Below, piece by piece: positions 35,638-46,204 of a DNA stretch of 64,000 bases. This DNA comes from a virus. The first letter of the stretch is position 1. The number at the start of each line of letters is the position of its first letter. The notes below the pieces were generated by a model that did no database searches, was not told where the DNA came from, and worked only from the letters and a program-made list of their open reading frames with translations. The stretch is taken from UHGV virus genome UHGV-1375844; one strand, written 5' to 3'. The position numbers were made by a program, and so were the translations under genes.

Positions 35638-36361
35638 AACGCGTTGCTCCTATAAACCCGCCAAAATGGATAACGCCATTGGCGAAGAAATTTCGACGAG
35701 CGTTGCATGAGTCGTAGCGTTTCGTGCAGTAATCCGCGCCTGACATCGTGGTTTGCTGGTTGTTCTTGTCGAAGTACGGACCGGTGTAGCCGCATTCGGG
35801 GCCACGGTACTTCCACGGACAGGTATTTTTGATAATCTGGCGATACGGCAGCTGCACGCCCATTAGATCGAACACACTGGACAACTCGAACTCGACAACC
35901 TCATGTGTTTCGAGAGTTTTTTGTTCGATAAACCACATTTCATCCGGGAAATGCTGGTTTGGATCGGCGGTGGGATTGCCGTCTTTGAAGTTGGCCGCAT
36001 CGAGGAAACGGGCCAGCGTCATCTTGCGAATTACACGACACCCAACCAGATCATCATTGGCCTGGACTTCAGCCGAGACGGTTCCTGCAAAGTTGGAAAC
36101 CTGAATTTTTGGACGCGGCAAAGTACCCTGACCAGTCTTATCAAAGCCTGATGCTTTGATTGGCCACGGTTCATAGGTCACCCCCTGCCAAACGACTGGC
36201 TCCATCAGTTCGTTCGTGCCGGCGTGAAAATACAGCTTGCCCCCAGAAGTGGTGTTCGACATATCCAGCTCGAACAGCTCAATGAGCGCGGAGGGTGACA
36301 AGCTTTGAATATCAGCTTTAATACCCATTGTTTCATCCTTGAAATTAACAGGCGCCAACAT
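35630..36361 (-). CDS. Minor tail protein, lambda L-like
   Basis: C-terminal Cys cluster (CPWKYRGPECGYTG...CTKRYDSCNARRNFFANGVIHFGGF); lambda gene order. Confidence 0.7.
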   Translation of the reverse strand: MLAPVNFKDETMGIKADIQSLSPSALIELFELDMSNTTSGGKLYFHAGTNELMEPVVWQGVTYEPWPIKASGFDKTGQGTLPRPKIQVSNFAGTVSAEVQANDDLVGCRVIRKMTLARFLDAANFKDGNPTADPNQHFPDEMWFIEQKTLETHEVVEFELSSVFDLMGVQLPYRQIIKNTCPWKYRGPECGYTGPYFDKNNQQTTMSGADYCTKRYDSCNARRNFFANGVIHFGGFIGATRYG

Positions 36362-36387
36362 CCTGTCAGCGCCTACAAATAATAGTA

Positions 36388-36403
36388 AATAAGCACTTAC
36401 TTA
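36388..36403. repeat. Intergenic palindrome family, copy
   Basis: aaataagcacttacttat between the M-like and L-like genes. Confidence 0.55.
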
Positions 36404-36417
36404 TCCAGTAGGATAAA

Positions 36418-36753
36418 TCAACCCTCAAACACTTGTCTGAACGTAGCTGTGAGTAAGAGATGCCCCTGATAGCGTTTCACCGTGTGGCTGTCGCACACCA
36501 CAATGATTTTCTTGCCTCTCGGGTTCGTCCAATAAAATGACTCGACCGCGGCCCGCTCTGTCAGGAAATCGTCAATGGCGTTAATCACATCATGTGTTCT
36601 TGTGAAGGTTAGAGACCACTCTTCTTTAATGCGATTAAGCCCTTTGCTCTGGCGCTGCTCATAATCGTCGCCAAAATTTAAAACTGTCACATTCGGTTTG
36701 ACGGTTTTTTCAGACTCGTAATCCGGGTACCAAGTGAAGGTTTTTCTTTCCAT
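36418..36753 (-). CDS. Minor tail protein, lambda M-like
   Basis: Start at internal ATG 36753 (MERKTFTWYPDY...); several segments align by eye with lambda gpM (KTF.W, FGDGY.QR, GLN, F.WT.P). Confidence 0.65.
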   Translation of the reverse strand: MERKTFTWYPDYESEKTVKPNVTVLNFGDDYEQRQSKGLNRIKEEWSLTFTRTHDVINAIDDFLTERAAVESFYWTNPRGKKIIVVCDSHTVKRYQGHLLLTATFRQVFEG

Positions 36754-36793
36754 TTCACGTCCTTGTGATGCTGCCCGCCAGGGCAGCAATTGG

Positions 36794-39700
36794 TTAGTTA
36801 CGTTTCGAGTTCGGGTTAAGTGATCCGCCAGGTCTCTTTTCCTGAGCGATGGTTTCGAGTGCGATCGCTTTCATTCGCTGTGCGGCATTGTTCCATGCAC
36901 TCTCTGTGTTAGCGCTCTCTGTTGTGCTTCCATCGCTGTTGACGTTGATCGCAATGGAAACCGGGGACACAACGCTTCCACCACCTTTAAACCCATCGGT
37001 GTTAAGCGTAACCGGAATGGTTCGTCCATCAGGCAGAGGTACGTATGCTTCGTTCATATCCCCTTCGCCAAACAGCGCAAGCTGCGGTGAATTGGCAATC
37101 CCGCCGTTCCGATATGCGCGAAGCGGAACAACGCCGTCCTTGCCGAAAATGCCACCGTTAGCGAACTTAGGAATATCAGGAATACCACTCGTTCCATCCG
37201 CGGCTGAACCGGTCAGGTTGTTAAAACCTGATGTTGAGCTGGATGAGCCAGAAGATGTGCTGTCAAACCCACCTCCTGCCCAGGCAGACGCCAGCCCAGA
37301 GGCGATGGTCATACCAAAGCCCAACCACTTGTTACCTGAACCCGATGCATTCGCGCCCAGCATGGCAAATGCGGCAGAAAGAGCGCCGGTTACAGAACTG
37401 AGGTTTTGCATAGAGAAGATGGAAGTCTTCACCGCTTTGGTTTCGGCATCTTTGGCCTCAGTACTGGTGAACAATCCATTTACCCAGCTGCCGATCGCGT
37501 TCGTTGCCGAGCCGATCGCATTTGCTGTCTCCTGGGTCGTCTGCCCCAGACCGGACACAGAGCTGGAGGTCTCCTTCGTTGCTTCACCTACAGATTTGTC
37601 ACCATTGACAGCGTTCATACGGACGCCCTGGTTCGCGACGGCTGAAGATACGCCTGTCAGCAGGTTTCCGCTTTGAGAGCTGCCGGGCGCCGTCGTCCCC
37701 ATGCCCAGCATGTTCATAAGCGGCAGAGTGATCTGCGTCTTAATAACCATGTTGGTGATGTCACGGAGAATGGATTCGGCCAGGCTGGAGAAATCCATTT
37801 TCCCCTTCATGACAAAGTCGGTGAGCGTGTCTGTCAGGCTACTGAAGAGATTGCTCCAGCTGCTTTCCAGCTGCTCGGCCAGGTTCTCATATTCAAGCGC
37901 CAGCTTTTGTGTAGCAGTCCCGGTCTCTTTAATGAGCGCGGTATTACCAGCGGCAACAAGCTGGTTGATCTGCTTCGTATACAGGGCCACGATTTTCGGG
38001 TCGGAAGCCTGTTCGCGCAGATCCATCAGAGCTTTCAGATTACGATTGTAGGTGTCGTTGAAATCAGCCACCTTCTCTTCACGAGACTTCGTATACCCTG
38101 CGCTAATGATGGAGTCGGACTCCGGCGCCCAGGTAGAGATCATCTGCTCGACGTTGCGGCGATTGAACATCTCACGATAGTCGTCGCTCGCATTCGCCAG
38201 ATCAGCCAGGCGAGATTTTGCCTTGTCGATCATCTCCTGAGTGATGAACTCGTTCGGAACAGCGTTAGCAAGGTCAGTCAGTGATTTTGTGGTATTTCGA
38301 AGAGACTGATCAAACGACACGGTCGCTTTAGAGCTTTCACCCATTTGCCCCATCAGCTGATCGGCTTTATCCAATGCTTTCTGGTAGCCGGCCGCCAGTT
38401 TACGCTGCGCACTCTCTTCTTTCTTCGCTGCACGCTGGGCAGCGTTTGCTGTACGCTGGCCCGCTTTTTCTGCTGCTGCTGCGTCCTGCTCACGCGCTTT
38501 GGTAAGAGCGGCAATAGCTGCGGTTCGCTCCTCATCGCTCATTTTCTCCAGAGAACTGGCACTTGAGGCTTTTTGCAGGTTCAGCTGAGTCTTGAGCTGC
38601 TTAGGCCCAATAATCGGCTTACCCTCAAAGTCCATCATCGGTGTGCCGTCTGGCAAGGTTCGCTGGTACGTTCCAGAATCCATCTGGTTGCGCATAAACT
38701 GAGCCACAGCTTTCTGAGCAGCTTTATCGGTCGTCCCCAGGCCCAGAACCGTCCCCTGGTTGGAAAGGACGCCCTTACCAGTTTTGGCCGCATTATCACG
38801 CTCAAACTCTGCCTGAGTCAGTTCCTGAGCAACCGCCTCCAGATGCTCCTGATAGCCGCGAATACTCCCTTGCAGCTTCTGTACCTGCTCGGTATTACCC
38901 TCCTTTTTGGCTTTCTCCAGCAGGTCGCTAAAATGTGCAATCTGCTTTTCGGTAGCAGTCTTACGTGATGACAAAGAGTCGACCAGCTTTTGTGCTGGTT
39001 CCAGATAGGACTTGTTTACCGTTTCGCGAAGCGGTTTGAGCAGGTTGTTCTTCTCTTCGTCAGAGAGAGATTTGTCGTCATTGATTTTCTGGATCTGTTC
39101 CAGTGCATCCTGACGCGCCTTCACGAATGTCGCGGAAAATACCTGGTTATCCGCACGGATTTTTTCAATCTGGGATTCGGCAGCCTCTTTTGCCAGACGC
39201 TTCGCTACAGCGCCATCCCCAAGCGCGATCGTGCCGGTGAGCGTTTTGTACTCTTCCTGATTCTTTTTCAGGCGAGCCTCAATATCAGCCTTCGACTCAG
39301 TAACGGTCACAGCACCGACAGTGCGAGAGACATAGTTCAGCCCTTGCCCTGTTTTCAGGGCTTGCTGGTCTGCCTGAATTTCTTTTTCAAGTTTGCCTGC
39401 ACGTTCTGCCATCTGCGCACGTTTGGCCGCCGTCATCGCTTCCGGGATCTTGCGAATCTCGTCCACAACTTTTGACGTTTCGCTGCGGAGCATGGTCATA
39501 TACGTGATCAGCCCGGCAACAGCTACGGTAGCAACGGTAAAAGCTGCACCAATGGGGTTGGCTGCGATGAACGCAGTCAGTCCGGCGAAAGCTCCCTGCA
39601 GACCCGTAATCGCACCACGAATGGCAAAAATGAGTGATGGGATCGGGGCCAGGCCCAACCGAGCTGCGCGGTTGAATCGGGTAATGGCCGTCGCGCCAAG

Positions 39701-41395
39701 ATTGAACGGCGCCTGGAGAACAGTCGACATCGTCGCGAACGTATTCACCATCTGTCCGGCTGTGCCGATCACGCCCATGATGCCGGCTCGCATCAGTTTG
39801 AAAGCCACCATCGCGGCCACAACCTTACCGAGATTGATGATCAGTTCCTGATTCTTCGCCAACCACTGAGCCAGCTCTCTCAGGGCGTCAATAGCAGTGG
39901 AAAGACCAGCTCCCAGAGAATTAGCAAAGGAAATGCCTTCTGCGCTGTTCATGATGGAAGCCAGCTCTTTCATCCCCTTGGAAAGAGAATCCAGATAGCC
40001 CGCCTGACCGATGCGATCAGCAAACAACGTGAAGGAGGTTTGCAGCTGCGCCAGCGCACCGGTGTAGGTTTGCATCATGTCTTTGGCCGCGTTTTCGTTT
40101 TCAGCACGCAGCCCAACAAACATCAGCGATAGCGCCTGTTTCGCTTCCACTGTACCGGTGGAAACTGCTTTGGTCAGTTCCCCCATAGTGATACCGGCAG
40201 CGTCTGCCATCGCTTTCATCGCGTTAGGAACGGCTTCACCCAATTGCTGACGCAGTTCTTCCATCGACACGACGCCCTTACCGGACATCTGCTGGACAGC
40301 TACGGCTGCACGTTTAAGTAGTTCACTGTCCCCGCCAAAACGTGCGACCGAGTCCACCAGCGCTTTCAAAGAGCCGTCAGTAGGATCAAGACCAGCCGAA
40401 CGGAATTTGACGAAGGAGTCGGTCAGCGCCTGCATAGCGAACGGGGCATTTTGTGCCATATTGACGATGTACTGCATATCGTCAGCGGCCGCCTGGCCAG
40501 GGTTGGCCTTGTCCTTATTCAGACCGCGCAGCATGACGCGCATACGCTCCATCTCGGCAGCGGCTTCAATAATCGGCTTCTGCCAACCGAAAAGAATGTC
40601 GGTTACTGTTCGGGCCGCATCACCGATCTCACCCAACAGAAAAATGTTACCGCGCAGCCCGGAGAACATGCCTCCTTCATAGCTTCTGCCGCCATGACCG
40701 GAAGACCAGCCGCGGCGACCATTTCCGCCATAACCAGAGCCATTCCCATCGCCCGTCGCCCGGACACGTACCGGTTTGCTAATGAGCTGCTGGCGACTGA
40801 TAACCGCATCCATCTGATCGCGGACCTTTTTAAGCCCTTCGGCAGCCTGGTTGGTCGTGACGCCCCAATTACTTAATCGCTTAGTTGTGGTGTTAAGGCG
40901 TGTATTCATGCCGCTGACGGATGCAGAGGCTTCCTTTACCTCCGTACCAAAGCGGCCAGCGCTTTTGCTCGCAAACGTTGCCCAATCTGAAAACTCATTG
41001 AGTTCAGACTGAACCTTTCGCAGCGAGGAAGTCAGTTTGTTGACGGATGAGATTGTGTGGTCGACTCTTTCAACCAGGGTTTTTAAGCCTGAGTTGAGAC
41101 TGGTGATGTTGCTACGCGTTTTACGAGAAGCATCAGAAACAAGCTCGAAGCCGGCAGCTACGTCCTGTAGTTTGTCTGCCGTGGCATCGAGCTTAGATTC
41201 AAGAACGCCGATGATGCGGGAGACCGAACCCAGCGAGCGTTCCAGACTATTAATTTTTTGAGCTGGCTTAGTGGCCTGCTCTCCGAATCTGGTAAGTAGC
41301 TTACCCGCCCGGTCAATTGACGCTGTAAACTGTTTGTCTTCCAGCGACAGGATAAACTCTACGTTTTGTGACATTCCCTTGTCATCCTCTGCCAA
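36794..41395 (-). CDS. Tail tape measure protein
   Basis: 1533 aa, largely helical, directly downstream of the G/GT chaperone genes. Confidence 0.85.
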   Translation of the reverse strand: MAEDDKGMSQNVEFILSLEDKQFTASIDRAGKLLTRFGEQATKPAQKINSLERSLGSVSRIIGVLESKLDATADKLQDVAAGFELVSDASRKTRSNITSLNSGLKTLVERVDHTISSVNKLTSSLRKVQSELNEFSDWATFASKSAGRFGTEVKEASASVSGMNTRLNTTTKRLSNWGVTTNQAAEGLKKVRDQMDAVISRQQLISKPVRVRATGDGNGSGYGGNGRRGWSSGHGGRSYEGGMFSGLRGNIFLLGEIGDAARTVTDILFGWQKPIIEAAAEMERMRVMLRGLNKDKANPGQAAADDMQYIVNMAQNAPFAMQALTDSFVKFRSAGLDPTDGSLKALVDSVARFGGDSELLKRAAVAVQQMSGKGVVSMEELRQQLGEAVPNAMKAMADAAGITMGELTKAVSTGTVEAKQALSLMFVGLRAENENAAKDMMQTYTGALAQLQTSFTLFADRIGQAGYLDSLSKGMKELASIMNSAEGISFANSLGAGLSTAIDALRELAQWLAKNQELIINLGKVVAAMVAFKLMRAGIMGVIGTAGQMVNTFATMSTVLQAPFNLGATAITRFNRAARLGLAPIPSLIFAIRGAITGLQGAFAGLTAFIAANPIGAAFTVATVAVAGLITYMTMLRSETSKVVDEIRKIPEAMTAAKRAQMAERAGKLEKEIQADQQALKTGQGLNYVSRTVGAVTVTESKADIEARLKKNQEEYKTLTGTIALGDGAVAKRLAKEAAESQIEKIRADNQVFSATFVKARQDALEQIQKINDDKSLSDEEKNNLLKPLRETVNKSYLEPAQKLVDSLSSRKTATEKQIAHFSDLLEKAKKEGNTEQVQKLQGSIRGYQEHLEAVAQELTQAEFERDNAAKTGKGVLSNQGTVLGLGTTDKAAQKAVAQFMRNQMDSGTYQRTLPDGTPMMDFEGKPIIGPKQLKTQLNLQKASSASSLEKMSDEERTAAIAALTKAREQDAAAAEKAGQRTANAAQRAAKKEESAQRKLAAGYQKALDKADQLMGQMGESSKATVSFDQSLRNTTKSLTDLANAVPNEFITQEMIDKAKSRLADLANASDDYREMFNRRNVEQMISTWAPESDSIISAGYTKSREEKVADFNDTYNRNLKALMDLREQASDPKIVALYTKQINQLVAAGNTALIKETGTATQKLALEYENLAEQLESSWSNLFSSLTDTLTDFVMKGKMDFSSLAESILRDITNMVIKTQITLPLMNMLGMGTTAPGSSQSGNLLTGVSSAVANQGVRMNAVNGDKSVGEATKETSSSVSGLGQTTQETANAIGSATNAIGSWVNGLFTSTEAKDAETKAVKTSIFSMQNLSSVTGALSAAFAMLGANASGSGNKWLGFGMTIASGLASAWAGGGFDSTSSGSSSSTSGFNNLTGSAADGTSGIPDIPKFANGGIFGKDGVVPLRAYRNGGIANSPQLALFGEGDMNEAYVPLPDGRTIPVTLNTDGFKGGGSVVSPVSIAINVNSDGSTTESANTESAWNNAAQRMKAIALETIAQEKRPGGSLNPNSKRN

Positions 41396-41744
41396 AAATT
41401 TGCATCAGTTGCTCTTTGGCGTCAGGGTCTGCCTTATCCTTACGTGGATCGTAGACTTTATCGGTAACGACTGGTCTTCCAATCCTGAGTTGCAAACCCT
41501 CCATGAACGCCTTCACGCCCTCGCCATCTGCCTGGGCAGCGCGAGCGACTTGTAGGTTGCGGACATCCTCTTCCGCACGTAGACGGTCGATGTTGCGACT
41601 GAGCATCCAGAACATCGTGAGAGGGACGCCCAGCAGCTCTATTGGCGACACGGCGTAGTGAGCAACTACACGACTGAAATAGAACCCGAGATCTATCGAG
41701 ACGGTCTTTATCCCGGATTCATCGCGGGAAACTACTTTGCCCCT
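41382..41744 (-). other. Candidate -1 frameshift extension of the tail assembly chaperone (GT fusion segment)
   Basis: Frame -1 relative to G is open from 41744 to the stop at 41382 and overlaps the G stop; proposed slip on A-AAG with TAG in the A site (caAAGTAG, 41732-41739). Confidence 0.4.
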
Positions 41745-42049
41745 TCACCAGCCGCTTTTTCGTTCTCTTCATCAATCACTTCCATAGCGAAGGTGAAGAT
41801 CTGCTGAAGCTGCGGAACAGTTAGTTTTTCCAGCACTGCATCAGGTACGGATGGGATGACCTTGCGCACAAGATCGGCATAGGCAGTAACCTGCTCTACC
41901 GGGGACATGTTCTGAAGGTCTTTCCCTTCCATTTGTTTGATGGAAACGAACAGGCCAACAGTCATTTCAACGATGGGGTATTCCTGACCGCCGAATTTGA
42001 TGCTTTTCTTCGGAGGCAGAATGGAGTCGAGATCGAGTAATTTGGTCAT
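41732..42049 (-). CDS. Tail assembly chaperone, lambda G-like
   Basis: 105 aa acidic protein between the major tail and tape measure genes. Confidence 0.6.
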   Translation of the reverse strand: MTKLLDLDSILPPKKSIKFGGQEYPIVEMTVGLFVSIKQMEGKDLQNMSPVEQVTAYADLVRKVIPSVPDAVLEKLTVPQLQQIFTFAMEVIDEENEKAAGEGAK

Positions 42050-42109
42050 TGGTTAAAATCCTTTTTGAAGAGAGGCTCTTCCTGAGCCTCTGCTTAATTA
42101 ACACCACGA

Positions 42110-42856
42110 TTAACTGGCAGCAGTCACCGTTACAGATTTGGTGGCCTTCTTGCCGCCGCTATTAGCAGTAAACGAAATGTTGACTGCGCCTTCTGCAACA
42201 CCGCGAACCAGTCCGGACTGGTCTACGGTTGCTTTTTGTGGATCTTCTGATGCCCAGACACCGGTTTTGTCTGCAACATCATCTGGTTGAACTTGCGCCG
42301 AAAGTTGAACCGTAGCCCCTACTTTGCAGGTCGGTGAACCCGGAGAGATGGTTACGGTTTTAACCGGCTTTGGGCCGCTCATTTTCCCCAGAACGCCGTT
42401 GTCATCCGGATATGCGGTGAACTGAACGGAGAAAACGCGAACATCATCAGACTGGTAGGTCATGGTGAAGTTGCCTGCGGTTGCGGCTTTCGGGATTGTC
42501 AGAACGTAGTCGGTCGTATCCTGCGGGGTCAGAATCAACTCTTTAGCAACGTCGATCAGGTTGACGCCCTGGGCAGAGGTAATGGTCACAGAATTGTCTT
42601 CTTCGCTCATGGTTGAACCAGGCATAAGATCGACCATGTTCTGCAACACGGACTCGGCCAGCGGCGCAGTGATGGTAATGTTACGACCCTGTACCAATTC
42701 TGAGATGGTGGTCTGCCCCAACTGGTCGACGGTCACTTTGAGGGTCTCTGTCGCAACTTCGACCTGAACGCCGCCTTTGGTGTAACCCAGATCCACGCCA
42801 CCAAACGACACTTTACAAGCGCCAAGTTTGATGTTTTTTACATGGGTATTGGACAT
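42110..42856 (-). CDS. Major tail protein with C-terminal Ig-like (Big_2-like) domain
   Basis: Start re-placed at ATG 42856 (MSNTHVKNIKL) with AAGGAG RBS; C-terminal TVTISPGSPTCKVGATVQLSAQV Ig-like segment. Confidence 0.7.
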   Translation of the reverse strand: MSNTHVKNIKLGACKVSFGGVDLGYTKGGVQVEVATETLKVTVDQLGQTTISELVQGRNITITAPLAESVLQNMVDLMPGSTMSEEDNSVTITSAQGVNLIDVAKELILTPQDTTDYVLTIPKAATAGNFTMTYQSDDVRVFSVQFTAYPDDNGVLGKMSGPKPVKTVTISPGSPTCKVGATVQLSAQVQPDDVADKTGVWASEDPQKATVDQSGLVRGVAEGAVNISFTANSGGKKATKSVTVTAAS

Positions 42857-42905
42857 TGTTGGAAAACTCCTTTTTCCGTTAATCGGCACCGTCATCGTGC
42901 CAATG

Positions 42906-42925
42906 ATAAGTATATACTTACTTAT
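42906..42925. repeat. Intergenic palindrome family, copy
   Basis: ataagtatatacttacttat. Confidence 0.6.
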
Positions 42926-42929
42926 TTTA

Positions 42930-43286
42930 TTAATTCAACAAATAGCCAGCAAATTCAACGGGGATGCCGGCTTCAATTAGCGCCCCATCGTTTTTGGGAT
43001 AGGTTATTGGCATCGTCATTGGGCGCACCAACCGAAAATGAACGCCTTCCGACTCAGTTTCCTCTACGGGCAGCATGGCCATAATTTTATTGGCCTTTTC
43101 CATAGTCTTTGTGATCGTCGCGTTTCTCACAATGATGGTAAAAGACTCATAGAAGAAACCCTGTAACTCGTGGTCAATACCAATGCCGCTGTTGGGGTTG
43201 ATCAGCAGAACGCCTGACTTCACATTGGCCGGCATAAAATGACAAAAAATGTCTGTTCCTACTTTCCCGATCTTCGCCTTTTGCAT
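42930..43286 (-). CDS. Putative tail terminator (lambda U position)
   Basis: Position only; start set at internal ATG 43286 to avoid a 65-nt overlap with the upstream gene. Confidence 0.35.
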   Translation of the reverse strand: MQKAKIGKVGTDIFCHFMPANVKSGVLLINPNSGIGIDHELQGFFYESFTIIVRNATITKTMEKANKIMAMLPVEETESEGVHFRLVRPMTMPITYPKNDGALIEAGIPVEFAGYLLN

Positions 43287-43314
43287 CAGGCTCGCAAATG
43301 CTTCAATAAACACA

Positions 43315-43788
43315 TTAACCTCTCGTAAAACCGGCTTTCCTTGCCGCGTCTGCAATTGTCTGCGAGAAACGCTTCTCACTAATCAACGCTGCCCTTTCGA
43401 GGAAGAAAGGCCCAACACGAGGCTGCACGCCAGCTACGGGCGGGTTGGTAACACTTTTCATGCGGGAAAGGTACCCGAGACGATATTTACCCAGCTCCAT
43501 ATATTCTGCGTAGTCGCCCACTTCCACGCCCGGGTGCCCCTCACGCGACTTTGCCCCTGAAACAGACAGCTCGATCCGCAACCCTGAATATCCCTCTTTA
43601 ACAACGCGAGCAAATATGGCGCTTTCCAACGAACCGGTCTCGATCGGTGCCATAGCACGCGCCAGACGCTCGACAAGCCTGGCCAGTTTCTCCATATCGC
43701 GGATCAAATAGCGTTTGAAGGCTTTTTGACTGTTGTTAAGTCGCTCACCAGCGCGTTTAAACTGGTGTGCGTCATAGCTTAAACCCAT
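43315..43788 (-). CDS. Putative tail completion / head-tail joining protein (lambda Z position)
   Basis: Position only. Confidence 0.35.
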   Translation of the reverse strand: MGLSYDAHQFKRAGERLNNSQKAFKRYLIRDMEKLARLVERLARAMAPIETGSLESAIFARVVKEGYSGLRIELSVSGAKSREGHPGVEVGDYAEYMELGKYRLGYLSRMKSVTNPPVAGVQPRVGPFFLERAALISEKRFSQTIADAARKAGFTRG

Positions 43789-44237
43789 ACGTTTGCCCCC
43801 ACTTCAAAATGCCCTGGGCGCTCACGGAGTCCCCAGCGGCGATGCACGCTTGATACTTTCAACTTTTGCCCTTCAAGTATCAGTACATCATCCAGCTGAA
43901 CAGTGGCTTCAAGAGGTAGTACCAAGACCGCATCGAACAATTCCAGATTCGCTTTGCCGCGGCTGCCTGAGCTATCGGCACGCACTGATGACTTCTCGTT
44001 GCTCTGCTCAAACTTAACAATACCGGCGCTCGTCTTTCTGACGAACTGCAACTGTGCCTCGCCGTAGACGTTTTTTGCACCGAAACGGTAGATTGCTAAT
44101 TCAGCTTGCCATGAAATATTCATCCACTCTCCCTCGTGATGATCGCCACACTCAAAACCAGGCGAAGGCGCGATTCCTCGTCTTAAGCCTTTCGACCAGA
44201 AGTAGATCATGCGGCGAGCGTTACGCACGGCGTACAA
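43779..44237 (-). CDS. Putative head-tail connector protein (lambda FII position); likely start at internal Met MNISWQAE
   Basis: Position only. Confidence 0.35.
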   Translation of the reverse strand: MYAVRNARRMIYFWSKGLRRGIAPSPGFECGDHHEGEWMNISWQAELAIYRFGAKNVYGEAQLQFVRKTSAGIVKFEQSNEKSSVRADSSGSRGKANLELFDAVLVLPLEATVQLDDVLILEGQKLKVSSVHRRWGLRERPGHFEVGANVWV

Positions 44238-45054
44238 TCATTCGATTGTTAATGTAACTGGTCAGCAGCCGCCAGGTACTGCGTGCCACTCGTACATTTG
44301 CCGCTTTACCGGTTCGATACATATTGGTGGTTTCACCAATAGACTCAGACAAGATGCCGTCCTCGCGGGCTGCCGCCACGTCATTACCGTTAGCGATCTC
44401 GCAGGCTTCATTTACCACGGCCAGCATCAGTGCCTCTTTGAAGTAGTCCGGTAACTCATCAAATTTTTCCTGTGTCATTCGCTCCCAATCGACAATATCG
44501 TGACGGTATACACCGTCAGCGCCCCACGGAATGTCATAGACGTTCAGCATATTCTGGGGTCGATCGTAACGGTCAAAGTCGATGCGCAGAATCTTGCGAA
44601 TGGAGAACGGGAGCGTTTTGACTCGCCTGGTGGCCTCGATGAGCCGTTTGCGCATTAGTCCTTCGCCATCGGCCAGCAAAGTGTCGCCATTCAGCATATC
44701 AATGGCTTGCATCTGAGCATCAGCCACTGTTGCGAATGACTGATCGGGAATAGCCAGCTCGAAACTGTTCAGGAGAACGTACATCTGTCGCTCTTCATGC
44801 GTCAGCCCTGCAGCAGTAGCTTTGACGATGACATAGCGCAAATCTCGCTCTTTATCGATCAGCTGGTTGTGCTCGGCCGACACGACAACCGGAATGGACA
44901 TCTGGCCTTCACTAATTTCGATTGGCTCGCCATCAACGAGGGTAGTCCCAGAGCTGTCTTTGACGGTGAAAGTGGCCGACTGAATATCGAGCACATTAAA
45001 CGCAAACGACAGTGAAACAGGTTCACCACTACGGTACGTGTCGATCTGAGCCAT
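44221..45054 (-). CDS. Hypothetical structural protein (277 aa)
   Basis: ORF track; within the head-tail joining block. Confidence 0.4.
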   Translation of the reverse strand: MAQIDTYRSGEPVSLSFAFNVLDIQSATFTVKDSSGTTLVDGEPIEISEGQMSIPVVVSAEHNQLIDKERDLRYVIVKATAAGLTHEERQMYVLLNSFELAIPDQSFATVADAQMQAIDMLNGDTLLADGEGLMRKRLIEATRRVKTLPFSIRKILRIDFDRYDRPQNMLNVYDIPWGADGVYRHDIVDWERMTQEKFDELPDYFKEALMLAVVNEACEIANGNDVAAAREDGILSESIGETTNMYRTGKAANVRVARSTWRLLTSYINNRMIVRRA

Positions 45055-45485
45055 TATTCACCGCCTTGCGCTTTAAGAATGCCTTCGATCATTTCGACAA
45101 TGCCTTTGGCTTTCACACCAATGGAGTTCCCAATCTGGCGAAGACCGGCGATACCTTCGCAGTCTGCAATGGACTCCAGCTCTTCCCGGGTAAACCGTTG
45201 CATTGGCTTGGCAACCTCTTCAGAGCCGCGTTTCAACGGGACAATATCAGGGGCAGTCTGCTCGACAATCTGATCGGCCACCAATTCATTACGGCGACTG
45301 TATGCGGCAGAGGGGGAAACGTTCGTCCCTTCTACGGTAGAGGCGCGCATAGACGCACAAATTCGTTGCTGATCTACGAATGGCAGTTCAGACACCGATA
45401 CGCCCTCCACGAACTGAACGCCGCATAAAATGCCCGTATAGCCTACGAATTGGGGTTCTAATAAACGAATTTTTGCTGGTTTCAT
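45054..45485 (-). CDS. Hypothetical structural protein (143 aa)
   Basis: ORF track. Confidence 0.4.
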   Translation of the reverse strand: MKPAKIRLLEPQFVGYTGILCGVQFVEGVSVSELPFVDQQRICASMRASTVEGTNVSPSAAYSRRNELVADQIVEQTAPDIVPLKRGSEEVAKPMQRFTREELESIADCEGIAGLRQIGNSIGVKAKGIVEMIEGILKAQGGE

Positions 45486-45524
45486 AATTTCTCACTTATG
45501 GGCGGCCTGGCCGCCCATGTGTTG

Positions 45525-46187
45525 TTACGCGTCTGGAGATTCGGTCACTTGCAAAGATGCAGTGGCCTTATGGCTTCCGTCTTCTGAGACGATTTCAATG
45601 GTTGCAACACCAGCTGCGACACCCGTTGCCAAGCCTGACTGATCGATGGTTGCGAACTCTGGATTCTTCGAAGCCCAGGTCACTTTTTTATTCGATGCAT
45701 TGGCTGGCAGGACATTAGCGGCCAGTCTTACGGTCGCGCCTTTCTCCACTGTGGCGGAATCCGGTTTAATGGATACCGACTCAACGGAAACAGGTTTCAC
45801 GGTTAACTCAACTGTCGCTGATAGATTCGTTTCCGAATCCGTCGCGGTGATCTGCACTTTCCCTGCCGCTACGCCTGTCACCAAGCCAGCGGTATTAACG
45901 GTAGCAATCGCGTTGTCGGCGCTTTTCCATGTAAATGAACCCGCACCTTCGCTCATAGTGATAGCTGCACGTAGCTGTACAGTTTTCCCTACCAAAACAG
46001 AGGGCGAAGCCGGTGTGATTGACACGGTCTGACTGAATGGAACGGCCTGGAGACAAGCGGCAAGATGGCCCTGCTGACGCTCACTTAAAGGCTCGTTGGA
46101 AATGGAGTTAGTGAATCCGGCTCGGCACATATGGCCAGTAAAATCCGAAAACGCCTCTTCCATAATTTTCATCTTTTGCTCTGGCAT
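45525..46187 (-). CDS. Ig-like (Big_2-like) domain protein, candidate capsid decoration protein
   Basis: Two tandem Ig-like segments (VSITPASPSVLVGKTVQLRA...; VSIKPDSATVEKGATVRLAA...); immediately downstream of the major capsid gene. Confidence 0.6.
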   Translation of the reverse strand: MPEQKMKIMEEAFSDFTGHMCRAGFTNSISNEPLSERQQGHLAACLQAVPFSQTVSITPASPSVLVGKTVQLRAAITMSEGAGSFTWKSADNAIATVNTAGLVTGVAAGKVQITATDSETNLSATVELTVKPVSVESVSIKPDSATVEKGATVRLAANVLPANASNKKVTWASKNPEFATIDQSGLATGVAAGVATIEIVSEDGSHKATASLQVTESPDA

Positions 46188-46204
46188 TCTTCTGCTCCTA
46201 CAAA

